Source of the DNA: Chiloscyllium plagiosum
Taxonomy: Eukaryota
DNA length: 35,056 bases
Assembly: GCF_004010195.1 (NCBI RefSeq)
Contig: NW_025215304.1
Location: 54,098-89,153 of the forward strand
Direction: 5' to 3'
Part shown: positions 9,715-22,800 of the stretch, piece after piece
How the letters are laid out: each line of letters opens with the position of its first letter
Numbering within the stretch: position 1 is the first letter of the stretch
Program-made: the position numbers and the translations under genes
Notes under the pieces: generated by a model
The model's database searches: none
Told to the model about the DNA's origin: nothing
What the model saw: the letters and a program-made list of their open reading frames with translations, nothing else

Positions 9715-9990
9715 ACATTTACCAATCTACGTTCATCCTATCGATTGTATTAGCATCATCAACACTTCCCAGCAAAATAACTCGAGGGACTTTCATCACA
9801 ATTTTCTGTGAACAGATCTACATTAGCTTTGCTGAACGAACCCCAAATTTCTTGAAGTGGCTCCTTATTTTCGGCCCTGATTATTAATCTCTCTACACAT
9901 GGGAATGGATCCTTCCCACCCGCTCTATCCCTCATCAATGTGTGTAGTTCAGTTCGATCTCCCATCAGACTCCTCTGTCCTGATCAAATC
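9715..9990 (-). mobile_element. old CR1 ORF2 C-terminal fragment
   Basis: ORF 9759-9965(-) MRDRAGGKDPFPCVER resembles CR1 MRGxDRVDxxxLFPxVE. AGCATCATCAACACTTCCC parallels 34520-34540. Confidence 0.5.
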
Positions 9991-10098
9991 CAGGGGAACA
10001 GGATACGTTGGGGCTATGGCGCGGACAGGACAAGCCCAATACTCACCTTTCCTGTTAGAACCATTCCATGAGAAATTTTAGACCACACCTTTGGGCGT

Positions 10099-10180
10099 GT
10101 AGTTGTGGCCGAGCACTTAAGGTGTTGGCGTAGAGATCCCTTGGGGCTCCCCCGCTCAAGGTGGTAACCTGCTGACTATG
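10099..10180 (+). pseudogene. tRNA-Ser(AGA-like) pseudogene, heavily decayed
   Basis: GTAGTTGTGGCCGAGCACTTAAGGTGTTGGCGTAGAGATCCCTTGGGGCTCCCCCGCTCAAGGTGGTAACCTGCTGACTATG is 82 nt and colinear with tRNA-Ser (GTAGTCGTGGCCGAG...CCTGCCGACTACG). The B-box is destroyed. A T6 run follows at 10182-10187. Confidence 0.75.
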
Positions 10181-10334
10181 CTTTTTTCACTGGCGATTTT
10201 AAATGACTTCCTGTTGGTTACATTATCGCTCAAACTTCACAAAACCCGTCTCGATAAAATCCAGTTTTCTCATGTCTGGGAATTGATTGCCATGCAGGAA
10301 AGTCGGGTTCTGAACAAACAACGTACCAGCCTCA

Positions 10335-10410
10335 CAACGTCAGCTCTGTTTACCTTTCCACAGATGCTGCTCGACCTGTTGGCTTTCTGCAGTATTCTCT
10401 GTGTTTATTA
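10335..10410. mobile_element. single arm of the foldback element (third copy)
   Basis: AACGTCAGCTCTGTTTACCTTTCCACAGATGCTGCTCGACCTGTTGGCTTTCTGCAGTATT is homologous to 4290-4350 and 8112-8175. Confidence 0.6.
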
Positions 10411-10429
10411 GGCACAAGTGCTGCTTTTC

Positions 10430-10640
10430 ATTCAAGAACTTCAATCCCTGTCCTCTGGTAACTGACTCTGGTCAGTGGCAATTGATTCTTCTGATCATTA
10501 ATCTGCCCATTCCCACCGCTTCTTCTCCCATCATTACCAACAGCCCCAGGAAATCTCCAGTTAGCCTTCTTTGCTCCAAAGCGAACATTCCCAACCATGG
10601 GAATGTCTCCCCAAAATGGAAATTCCTCATCCCTGGACAT
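10430..10640 (-). mobile_element. old CR1 ORF2 fragment
   Basis: ORF 10428-10676(-) MSRDEEF...VRFGAKKANWRF and the nucleotides AAATCTCCAGTTAGCCTTCTTTGCTCCAAAG...TTCCTCATCCCTGGA parallel the CR1 segment at 3650-3740. Confidence 0.55.
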
Positions 10641-10851
10641 GACGCAAGGGGTACAATTGGGAAGAGGTTTTGGCAAAATATTGTCAGTTACGAAATGGAA
10701 AAATGTTCATGAAGCAAAACAGAAATCCCAGTCTCCAGCTTTGTGAATCTTTAGAAACTCTTTGGGAAGCGGATTTAGAGGAGAATGAAAGATGAACTGT
10801 CCGACTGAGCAGAGACAGTGCAGGCACCGTCCCCTTGTTGAAGAGGCCGGG

Positions 10852-13800
10852 AAAATGTGTGAATGATTCAGGAGTAGACAGCACAAAATGTGTGAATGAT
10901 TCAGGAGTAGACAGCACAAAATGTGTGAATGATTCAGGAGTAGACAGCACAAAATGTGTGAATGATTCAGGAGTAGACAGCACAAAATGTGTGAATGATT
11001 CAGGAGTAGACAGCACAAAATGTGTGAATGATTCAGGAGTAGACAGCACAAAATGTGTGAATGATTCAGGAGTAGACAGCACAAAATGTGTGAATGATTC
11101 AGGAGTAGACAGCACAAAATGTGTGAATGATTCAGGAGTAGACAGCACAAAATGTGTGAATGATTCAGGAGTAGACAGCACAAAATGTGTGAATGATTCA
11201 GGAGTAGACAGCACAAAATGTGTGAATGATTCAGGAGTAGACAGCACAAAATGTGTGAATGATTCAGGAGTAGACAGCACAAAATGTGTGAATGATTCAG
11301 GAGTAGACAGCACAAAATGTGTGAATGATTCAGGAGTAGACAGCACAAAATGTGTGAATGATTCAGGAGTAGACAGCACAAAATGTGTGAATGATTCAGG
11401 AGTAGACAGCAGTGTGTGTGTGTATGATTCAGGAGTAGACAGCACTGTGTGTGTGAATGATTCAGGAGTAGACAGCACAAAATGTGTGAATGATTCAGGA
11501 GTAGACAGCACAAAATGTGTGAATGATTCAGGAGTAGACAGCACAAAATGTGTGAATGATTCAGGAGTAGACAGCACAAAATGTGTGAATGATTCAGGAG
11601 TAGACAGCACAAAATGTGTGAATGATTCAGGAGTAGACAGCACAAAATGTGTGAATGATTCAGGAGTAGACAGCACAAAATGTGTGAATGATTCAGGAGT
11701 AGACAGCACAAAATGTGTGAATGATTCAGGAGTAGACAGCACAAAATGTGTGAATGATTCAGGAGTAGACAGCACAAAATGTGTGAATGATTCAGGAGTA
11801 GACAGCACAAAATGTGTGAATGATTCAGGAGTAGACAGCACAAAATGTGTGAATGATTCAGGAGTAGACAGCACAAAATGTGTGAATGATTCAGGAGTAG
11901 ACAGCACAAAATGTGTGAATGATTCAGGAGTAGACAGCACAAAATGTGTGAATGATTCAGGAGTAGACAGCACAAAATGTGTGAATGATTCAGGAGTAGA
12001 CAGCACAAAATGTGTGAATGATTCAGGAGTAGACAGCAGTGTGTGTGTGTATGATTCAGGAGTAGACAGCACTGTGTGTGTGAATGATTCAGGAGTAGAC
12101 AGCACAAAATGTGTGAATGATTCAGGAGTAGACAGCACAAAATGTGTGAATGATTCAGGAGTAGACAGCACAAAATGTGTGAATGATTCAGGAGTAGACA
12201 GCACAAAATGTGTGAATGATTCAGGAGTAGACAGCACAAAATGTGTGAATGATTCAGGAGTAGACAGCACAAAATGTGTGAATGATTCAGGAGTAGACAG
12301 CACAAAATGTGTGAATGATTCAGGAGTAGACAGCACAAAATGTGTGAATGATTCAGGAGTAGACAGCACAAAATGTGTGAATGATTCAGGAGTAGACAGC
12401 ACAAAATGTGTGAATGATTCAGGAGTAGACAGCACAAAATGTGTGAATGATTCAGGAGTAGACAGCACAAAATGTGTGAATGATTCAGGAGTAGACAGCA
12501 CAAAATGTGTGAATGATTCAGGAGTAGACAGCACAAAATGTGTGAATGATTCAGGAGTAGACAGCACAAAATGTGTGAATGATTCAGGAGTAGACAGCAC
12601 AAAATGTGTGAATGATTCAGGAGTAGACAGCACAAAATGTGTGAATGATTCAGGAGTAGACAGCAGTGTGTGTGTGTATGATTCAGGAGTAGACAGCACT
12701 GTGTGTGTGAATGATTCAGGAGTAGACAGCACAAAATGTGTGAATGATTCAGGAGTAGACAGCACAAAATGTGTGAATGATTCAGGAGTAGACAGCACAA
12801 AATGTGTGAATGATTCAGGAGTAGACAGCACAAAATGTGTGAATGATTCAGGAGTAGACAGCACAAAATGTGTGAATGATTCAGGAGTAGACAGCACAAA
12901 ATGTGTGAATGATTCAGGAGTAGACAGCACAAAATGTGTGAATGATTCAGGAGTAGACAGCACAAAATGTGTGAATGATTCAGGAGTAGACAGCACAAAA
13001 TGTGTGAATGATTCAGGAGTAGACAGCACAAAATGTGTGAATGATTCAGGAGTAGACAGCACAAAATGTGTGAATGATTCAGGAGTAGACAGCACAAAAT
13101 GTGTGAATGATTCAGGAGTAGACAGCACAAAATGTGTGAATGATTCAGGAGTAGACAGCACAAAATGTGTGAATGATTCAGGAGTAGACAGCACAAAATG
13201 TGTGAATGATTCAGGAGTAGACAGCACAAAATGTGTGAATGATTCAGGAGTAGACAGCACAAAATGTGTGAATGATTCAGGAGTAGACAGCAGTGTGTGT
13301 GTGTATGATTCAGGAGTAGACAGCACTGTGTGTGTGAATGATTCAGGAGTAGACAGCACAAAATGTGTGAATGATTCAGGAGTAGACAGCACAAAATGTG
13401 TGAATGATTCAGGAGTAGACAGCACAAAATGTGTGAATGATTCAGGAGTAGACAGCACAAAATGTGTGAATGATTCAGGAGTAGACAGCACAAAATGTGT
13501 GAATGATTCAGGAGTAGACAGCACAAAATGTGTGAATGATTCAGGAGTAGACAGCACAAAATGTGTGAATGATTCAGGAGTAGACAGCACAAAATGTGTG
13601 AATGATTCAGGAGTAGACAGCACAAAATGTGTGAATGATTCAGGAGTAGACAGCACAAAATGTGTGAATGATTCAGGAGTAGACAGCACAAAATGTGTGA
13701 ATGATTCAGGAGTAGACAGCACAAAATGTGTGAATGATTCAGGAGTAGACAGCACAAAATGTGTGAATGATTCAGGAGTAGACAGCACAAAATGTGTGAA

Positions 13801-16800
13801 TGATTCAGGAGTAGACAGCACAAAATGTGTGAATGATTCAGGAGTAGACAGCACAAAATGTGTGAATGATTCAGGAGTAGACAGCACAAAATGTGTGAAT
13901 GATTCAGGAGTAGACAGCAGTGTGTGTGTGTATGATTCAGGAGTAGACAGCACTGTGTGTGTGAATGATTCAGGAGTAGACAGCACAAAATGTGTGAATG
14001 ATTCAGGAGTAGACAGCACAAAATGTGTGAATGATTCAGGAGTAGACAGCACAAAATGTGTGAATGATTCAGGAGTAGACAGCACAAAATGTGTGAATGA
14101 TTCAGGAGTAGACAGCACAAAATGTGTGAATGATTCAGGAGTAGACAGCACAAAATGTGTGAATGATTCAGGAGTAGACAGCACAAAATGTGTGAATGAT
14201 TCAGGAGTAGACAGCACAAAATGTGTGAATGATTCAGGAGTAGACAGCACAAAATGTGTGAATGATTCAGGAGTAGACAGCACAAAATGTGTGAATGATT
14301 CAGGAGTAGACAGCACAAAATGTGTGAATGATTCAGGAGTAGACAGCACAAAATGTGTGAATGATTCAGGAGTAGACAGCACAAAATGTGTGAATGATTC
14401 AGGAGTAGACAGCACAAAATGTGTGAATGATTCAGGAGTAGACAGCACAAAATGTGTGAATGATTCAGGAGTAGACAGCACAAAATGTGTGAATGATTCA
14501 GGAGTAGACAGCACAAAATGTGTGAATGATTCAGGAGTAGACAGCAGTGTGTGTGTGTATGATTCAGGAGTAGACAGCACTGTGTGTGTGAATGATTCAG
14601 GAGTAGACAGCACAAAATGTGTGAATGATTCAGGAGTAGACAGCACAAAATGTGTGAATGATTCAGGAGTAGACAGCACAAAATGTGTGAATGATTCAGG
14701 AGTAGACAGCACAAAATGTGTGAATGATTCAGGAGTAGACAGCACAAAATGTGTGAATGATTCAGGAGTAGACAGCACAAAATGTGTGAATGATTCAGGA
14801 GTAGACAGCACAAAATGTGTGAATGATTCAGGAGTAGACAGCACAAAATGTGTGAATGATTCAGGAGTAGACAGCACAAAATGTGTGAATGATTCAGGAG
14901 TAGACAGCACAAAATGTGTGAATGATTCAGGAGTAGACAGCACAAAATGTGTGAATGATTCAGGAGTAGACAGCACAAAATGTGTGAATGATTCAGGAGT
15001 AGACAGCACAAAATGTGTGAATGATTCAGGAGTAGACAGCACAAAATGTGTGAATGATTCAGGAGTAGACAGCACAAAATGTGTGAATGATTCAGGAGTA
15101 GACAGCACAAAATGTGTGAATGATTCAGGAGTAGACAGCACAAAATGTGTGAATGATTCAGGAGTAGACAGCAGTGTGTGTGTGTATGATTCAGGAGTAG
15201 ACAGCACTGTGTGTGTGAATGATTCAGGAGTAGACAGCACAAAATGTGTGAATGATTCAGGAGTAGACAGCACAAAATGTGTGAATGATTCAGGAGTAGA
15301 CAGCACAAAATGTGTGAATGATTCAGGAGTAGACAGCACAAAATGTGTGAATGATTCAGGAGTAGACAGCACAAAATGTGTGAATGATTCAGGAGTAGAC
15401 AGCACAAAATGTGTGAATGATTCAGGAGTAGACAGCACAAAATGTGTGAATGATTCAGGAGTAGACAGCACAAAATGTGTGAATGATTCAGGAGTAGACA
15501 GCACAAAATGTGTGAATGATTCAGGAGTAGACAGCACAAAATGTGTGAATGATTCAGGAGTAGACAGCACAAAATGTGTGAATGATTCAGGAGTAGACAG
15601 CACAAAATGTGTGAATGATTCAGGAGTAGACAGCACAAAATGTGTGAATGATTCAGGAGTAGACAGCACAAAATGTGTGAATGATTCAGGAGTAGACAGC
15701 ACAAAATGTGTGAATGATTCAGGAGTAGACAGCACAAAATGTGTGAATGATTCAGGAGTAGACAGCACAAAATGTGTGAATGATTCAGGAGTAGACAGCA
15801 GTGTGTGTGTGTATGATTCAGGAGTAGACAGCACTGTGTGTGTGAATGATTCAGGAGTAGACAGCACAAAATGTGTGAATGATTCAGGAGTAGACAGCAC
15901 AAAATGTGTGAATGATTCAGGAGTAGACAGCACAAAATGTGTGAATGATTCAGGAGTAGACAGCACAAAATGTGTGAATGATTCAGGAGTAGACAGCACA
16001 AAATGTGTGAATGATTCAGGAGTAGACAGCACAAAATGTGTGAATGATTCAGGAGTAGACAGCACAAAATGTGTGAATGATTCAGGAGTAGACAGCACAA
16101 AATGTGTGAATGATTCAGGAGTAGACAGCACAAAATGTGTGAATGATTCAGGAGTAGACAGCACAAAATGTGTGAATGATTCAGGAGTAGACAGCACAAA
16201 ATGTGTGAATGATTCAGGAGTAGACAGCACAAAATGTGTGAATGATTCAGGAGTAGACAGCACAAAATGTGTGAATGATTCAGGAGTAGACAGCACAAAA
16301 TGTGTGAATGATTCAGGAGTAGACAGCACAAAATGTGTGAATGATTCAGGAGTAGACAGCACAAAATGTGTGAATGATTCAGGAGTAGACAGCACAAAAT
16401 GTGTGAATGATTCAGGAGTAGACAGCAGTGTGTGTGTGTATGATTCAGGAGTAGACAGCACTGTGTGTGTGAATGATTCAGGAGTAGACAGCACAAAATG
16501 TGTGAATGATTCAGGAGTAGACAGCACAAAATGTGTGAATGATTCAGGAGTAGACAGCACAAAATGTGTGAATGATTCAGGAGTAGACAGCACAAAATGT
16601 GTGAATGATTCAGGAGTAGACAGCACAAAATGTGTGAATGATTCAGGAGTAGACAGCACAAAATGTGTGAATGATTCAGGAGTAGACAGCACAAAATGTG
16701 TGAATGATTCAGGAGTAGACAGCACAAAATGTGTGAATGATTCAGGAGTAGACAGCACAAAATGTGTGAATGATTCAGGAGTAGACAGCACAAAATGTGT

Positions 16801-19800
16801 GAATGATTCAGGAGTAGACAGCACAAAATGTGTGAATGATTCAGGAGTAGACAGCACAAAATGTGTGAATGATTCAGGAGTAGACAGCACAAAATGTGTG
16901 AATGATTCAGGAGTAGACAGCACAAAATGTGTGAATGATTCAGGAGTAGACAGCACAAAATGTGTGAATGATTCAGGAGTAGACAGCACAAAATGTGTGA
17001 ATGATTCAGGAGTAGACAGCACAAAATGTGTGAATGATTCAGGAGTAGACAGCAGTGTGTGTGTGTATGATTCAGGAGTAGACAGCACTGTGTGTGTGAA
17101 TGATTCAGGAGTAGACAGCACAAAATGTGTGAATGATTCAGGAGTAGACAGCACAAAATGTGTGAATGATTCAGGAGTAGACAGCACAAAATGTGTGAAT
17201 GATTCAGGAGTAGACAGCACAAAATGTGTGAATGATTCAGGAGTAGACAGCACAAAATGTGTGAATGATTCAGGAGTAGACAGCACAAAATGTGTGAATG
17301 ATTCAGGAGTAGACAGCACAAAATGTGTGAATGATTCAGGAGTAGACAGCACAAAATGTGTGAATGATTCAGGAGTAGACAGCACAAAATGTGTGAATGA
17401 TTCAGGAGTAGACAGCACAAAATGTGTGAATGATTCAGGAGTAGACAGCACAAAATGTGTGAATGATTCAGGAGTAGACAGCACAAAATGTGTGAATGAT
17501 TCAGGAGTAGACAGCACAAAATGTGTGAATGATTCAGGAGTAGACAGCACAAAATGTGTGAATGATTCAGGAGTAGACAGCACAAAATGTGTGAATGATT
17601 CAGGAGTAGACAGCACAAAATGTGTGAATGATTCAGGAGTAGACAGCACAAAATGTGTGAATGATTCAGGAGTAGACAGCAGTGTGTGTGTGTATGATTC
17701 AGGAGTAGACAGCACTGTGTGTGTGAATGATTCAGGAGTAGACAGCACAAAATGTGTGAATGATTCAGGAGTAGACAGCACAAAATGTGTGAATGATTCA
17801 GGAGTAGACAGCACAAAATGTGTGAATGATTCAGGAGTAGACAGCACAAAATGTGTGAATGATTCAGGAGTAGACAGCACAAAATGTGTGAATGATTCAG
17901 GAGTAGACAGCACAAAATGTGTGAATGATTCAGGAGTAGACAGCACAAAATGTGTGAATGATTCAGGAGTAGACAGCACAAAATGTGTGAATGATTCAGG
18001 AGTAGACAGCACAAAATGTGTGAATGATTCAGGAGTAGACAGCACAAAATGTGTGAATGATTCAGGAGTAGACAGCACAAAATGTGTGAATGATTCAGGA
18101 GTAGACAGCACAAAATGTGTGAATGATTCAGGAGTAGACAGCACAAAATGTGTGAATGATTCAGGAGTAGACAGCACAAAATGTGTGAATGATTCAGGAG
18201 TAGACAGCACAAAATGTGTGAATGATTCAGGAGTAGACAGCACAAAATGTGTGAATGATTCAGGAGTAGACAGCACAAAATGTGTGAATGATTCAGGAGT
18301 AGACAGCAGTGTGTGTGTGTATGATTCAGGAGTAGACAGCACTGTGTGTGTGAATGATTCAGGAGTAGACAGCACAAAATGTGTGAATGATTCAGGAGTA
18401 GACAGCACAAAATGTGTGAATGATTCAGGAGTAGACAGCACAAAATGTGTGAATGATTCAGGAGTAGACAGCACAAAATGTGTGAATGATTCAGGAGTAG
18501 ACAGCACAAAATGTGTGAATGATTCAGGAGTAGACAGCACAAAATGTGTGAATGATTCAGGAGTAGACAGCACAAAATGTGTGAATGATTCAGGAGTAGA
18601 CAGCACAAAATGTGTGAATGATTCAGGAGTAGACAGCACAAAATGTGTGAATGATTCAGGAGTAGACAGCACAAAATGTGTGAATGATTCAGGAGTAGAC
18701 AGCACAAAATGTGTGAATGATTCAGGAGTAGACAGCACAAAATGTGTGAATGATTCAGGAGTAGACAGCACAAAATGTGTGAATGATTCAGGAGTAGACA
18801 GCACAAAATGTGTGAATGATTCAGGAGTAGACAGCACAAAATGTGTGAATGATTCAGGAGTAGACAGCACAAAATGTGTGAATGATTCAGGAGTAGACAG
18901 CACAAAATGTGTGAATGATTCAGGAGTAGACAGCAGTGTGTGTGTGTATGATTCAGGAGTAGACAGCACTGTGTGTGTGAATGATTCAGGAGTAGACAGC
19001 ACAAAATGTGTGAATGATTCAGGAGTAGACAGCACAAAATGTGTGAATGATTCAGGAGTAGACAGCACAAAATGTGTGAATGATTCAGGAGTAGACAGCA
19101 CAAAATGTGTGAATGATTCAGGAGTAGACAGCACAAAATGTGTGAATGATTCAGGAGTAGACAGCACAAAATGTGTGAATGATTCAGGAGTAGACAGCAC
19201 AAAATGTGTGAATGATTCAGGAGTAGACAGCACAAAATGTGTGAATGATTCAGGAGTAGACAGCACAAAATGTGTGAATGATTCAGGAGTAGACAGCACA
19301 AAATGTGTGAATGATTCAGGAGTAGACAGCACAAAATGTGTGAATGATTCAGGAGTAGACAGCACAAAATGTGTGAATGATTCAGGAGTAGACAGCACAA
19401 AATGTGTGAATGATTCAGGAGTAGACAGCACAAAATGTGTGAATGATTCAGGAGTAGACAGCACAAAATGTGTGAATGATTCAGGAGTAGACAGCACAAA
19501 ATGTGTGAATGATTCAGGAGTAGACAGCACAAAATGTGTGAATGATTCAGGAGTAGACAGCAGTGTGTGTGTGTATGATTCAGGAGTAGACAGCACTGTG
19601 TGTGTGAATGATTCAGGAGTAGACAGCACAAAATGTGTGAATGATTCAGGAGTAGACAGCACAAAATGTGTGAATGATTCAGGAGTAGACAGCACAAAAT
19701 GTGTGAATGATTCAGGAGTAGACAGCACAAAATGTGTGAATGATTCAGGAGTAGACAGCACAAAATGTGTGAATGATTCAGGAGTAGACAGCACAAAATG

Positions 19801-22800
19801 TGTGAATGATTCAGGAGTAGACAGCACAAAATGTGTGAATGATTCAGGAGTAGACAGCACAAAATGTGTGAATGATTCAGGAGTAGACAGCACAAAATGT
19901 GTGAATGATTCAGGAGTAGACAGCACAAAATGTGTGAATGATTCAGGAGTAGACAGCACAAAATGTGTGAATGATTCAGGAGTAGACAGCACAAAATGTG
20001 TGAATGATTCAGGAGTAGACAGCACAAAATGTGTGAATGATTCAGGAGTAGACAGCACAAAATGTGTGAATGATTCAGGAGTAGACAGCACAAAATGTGT
20101 GAATGATTCAGGAGTAGACAGCACAAAATGTGTGAATGATTCAGGAGTAGACAGCACAAAATGTGTGAATGATTCAGGAGTAGACAGCAGTGTGTGTGTG
20201 TATGATTCAGGAGTAGACAGCACTGTGTGTGTGAATGATTCAGGAGTAGACAGCACAAAATGTGTGAATGATTCAGGAGTAGACAGCACAAAATGTGTGA
20301 ATGATTCAGGAGTAGACAGCACAAAATGTGTGAATGATTCAGGAGTAGACAGCACAAAATGTGTGAATGATTCAGGAGTAGACAGCACAAAATGTGTGAA
20401 TGATTCAGGAGTAGACAGCACAAAATGTGTGAATGATTCAGGAGTAGACAGCACAAAATGTGTGAATGATTCAGGAGTAGACAGCACAAAATGTGTGAAT
20501 GATTCAGGAGTAGACAGCACAAAATGTGTGAATGATTCAGGAGTAGACAGCACAAAATGTGTGAATGATTCAGGAGTAGACAGCACAAAATGTGTGAATG
20601 ATTCAGGAGTAGACAGCACAAAATGTGTGAATGATTCAGGAGTAGACAGCACAAAATGTGTGAATGATTCAGGAGTAGACAGCACAAAATGTGTGAATGA
20701 TTCAGGAGTAGACAGCACAAAATGTGTGAATGATTCAGGAGTAGACAGCACAAAATGTGTGAATGATTCAGGAGTAGACAGCACAAAATGTGTGAATGAT
20801 TCAGGAGTAGACAGCAGTGTGTGTGTGTATGATTCAGGAGTAGACAGCACTGTGTGTGTGAATGATTCAGGAGTAGACAGCACAAAATGTGTGAATGATT
20901 CAGGAGTAGACAGCACAAAATGTGTGAATGATTCAGGAGTAGACAGCACAAAATGTGTGAATGATTCAGGAGTAGACAGCACAAAATGTGTGAATGATTC
21001 AGGAGTAGACAGCACAAAATGTGTGAATGATTCAGGAGTAGACAGCACAAAATGTGTGAATGATTCAGGAGTAGACAGCACAAAATGTGTGAATGATTCA
21101 GGAGTAGACAGCACAAAATGTGTGAATGATTCAGGAGTAGACAGCACAAAATGTGTGAATGATTCAGGAGTAGACAGCACAAAATGTGTGAATGATTCAG
21201 GAGTAGACAGCACAAAATGTGTGAATGATTCAGGAGTAGACAGCACAAAATGTGTGAATGATTCAGGAGTAGACAGCACAAAATGTGTGAATGATTCAGG
21301 AGTAGACAGCACAAAATGTGTGAATGATTCAGGAGTAGACAGCACAAAATGTGTGAATGATTCAGGAGTAGACAGCACAAAATGTGTGAATGATTCAGGA
21401 GTAGACAGCACAAAATGTGTGAATGATTCAGGAGTAGACAGCAGTGTGTGTGTGTATGATTCAGGAGTAGACAGCACTGTGTGTGTGAATGATTCAGGAG
21501 TAGACAGCACAAAATGTGTGAATGATTCAGGAGTAGACAGCACAAAATGTGTGAATGATTCAGGAGTAGACAGCACAAAATGTGTGAATGATTCAGGAGT
21601 AGACAGCACAAAATGTGTGAATGATTCAGGAGTAGACAGCACAAAATGTGTGAATGATTCAGGAGTAGACAGCACAAAATGTGTGAATGATTCAGGAGTA
21701 GACAGCACAAAATGTGTGAATGATTCAGGAGTAGACAGCACAAAATGTGTGAATGATTCAGGAGTAGACAGCACAAAATGTGTGAATGATTCAGGAGTAG
21801 ACAGCACAAAATGTGTGAATGATTCAGGAGTAGACAGCACAAAATGTGTGAATGATTCAGGAGTAGACAGCACAAAATGTGTGAATGATTCAGGAGTAGA
21901 CAGCACAAAATGTGTGAATGATTCAGGAGTAGACAGCACAAAATGTGTGAATGATTCAGGAGTAGACAGCACAAAATGTGTGAATGATTCAGGAGTAGAC
22001 AGCACAAAATGTGTGAATGATTCAGGAGTAGACAGCACAAAATGTGTGAATGATTCAGGAGTAGACAGCAGTGTGTGTGTGTATGATTCAGGAGTAGACA
22101 GCACTGTGTGTGTGAATGATTCAGGAGTAGACAGCACAAAATGTGTGAATGATTCAGGAGTAGACAGCACAAAATGTGTGAATGATTCAGGAGTAGACAG
22201 CACAAAATGTGTGAATGATTCAGGAGTAGACAGCACAAAATGTGTGAATGATTCAGGAGTAGACAGCACAAAATGTGTGAATGATTCAGGAGTAGACAGC
22301 ACAAAATGTGTGAATGATTCAGGAGTAGACAGCACAAAATGTGTGAATGATTCAGGAGTAGACAGCACAAAATGTGTGAATGATTCAGGAGTAGACAGCA
22401 CAAAATGTGTGAATGATTCAGGAGTAGACAGCACAAAATGTGTGAATGATTCAGGAGTAGACAGCACAAAATGTGTGAATGATTCAGGAGTAGACAGCAC
22501 AAAATGTGTGAATGATTCAGGAGTAGACAGCACAAAATGTGTGAATGATTCAGGAGTAGACAGCACAAAATGTGTGAATGATTCAGGAGTAGACAGCACA
22601 AAATGTGTGAATGATTCAGGAGTAGACAGCACAAAATGTGTGAATGATTCAGGAGTAGACAGCACAAAATGTGTGAATGATTCAGGAGTAGACAGCAGTG
22701 TGTGTGTGTATGATTCAGGAGTAGACAGCACTGTGTGTGTGAATGATTCAGGAGTAGACAGCACAAAATGTGTGAATGATTCAGGAGTAGACAGCACAAA

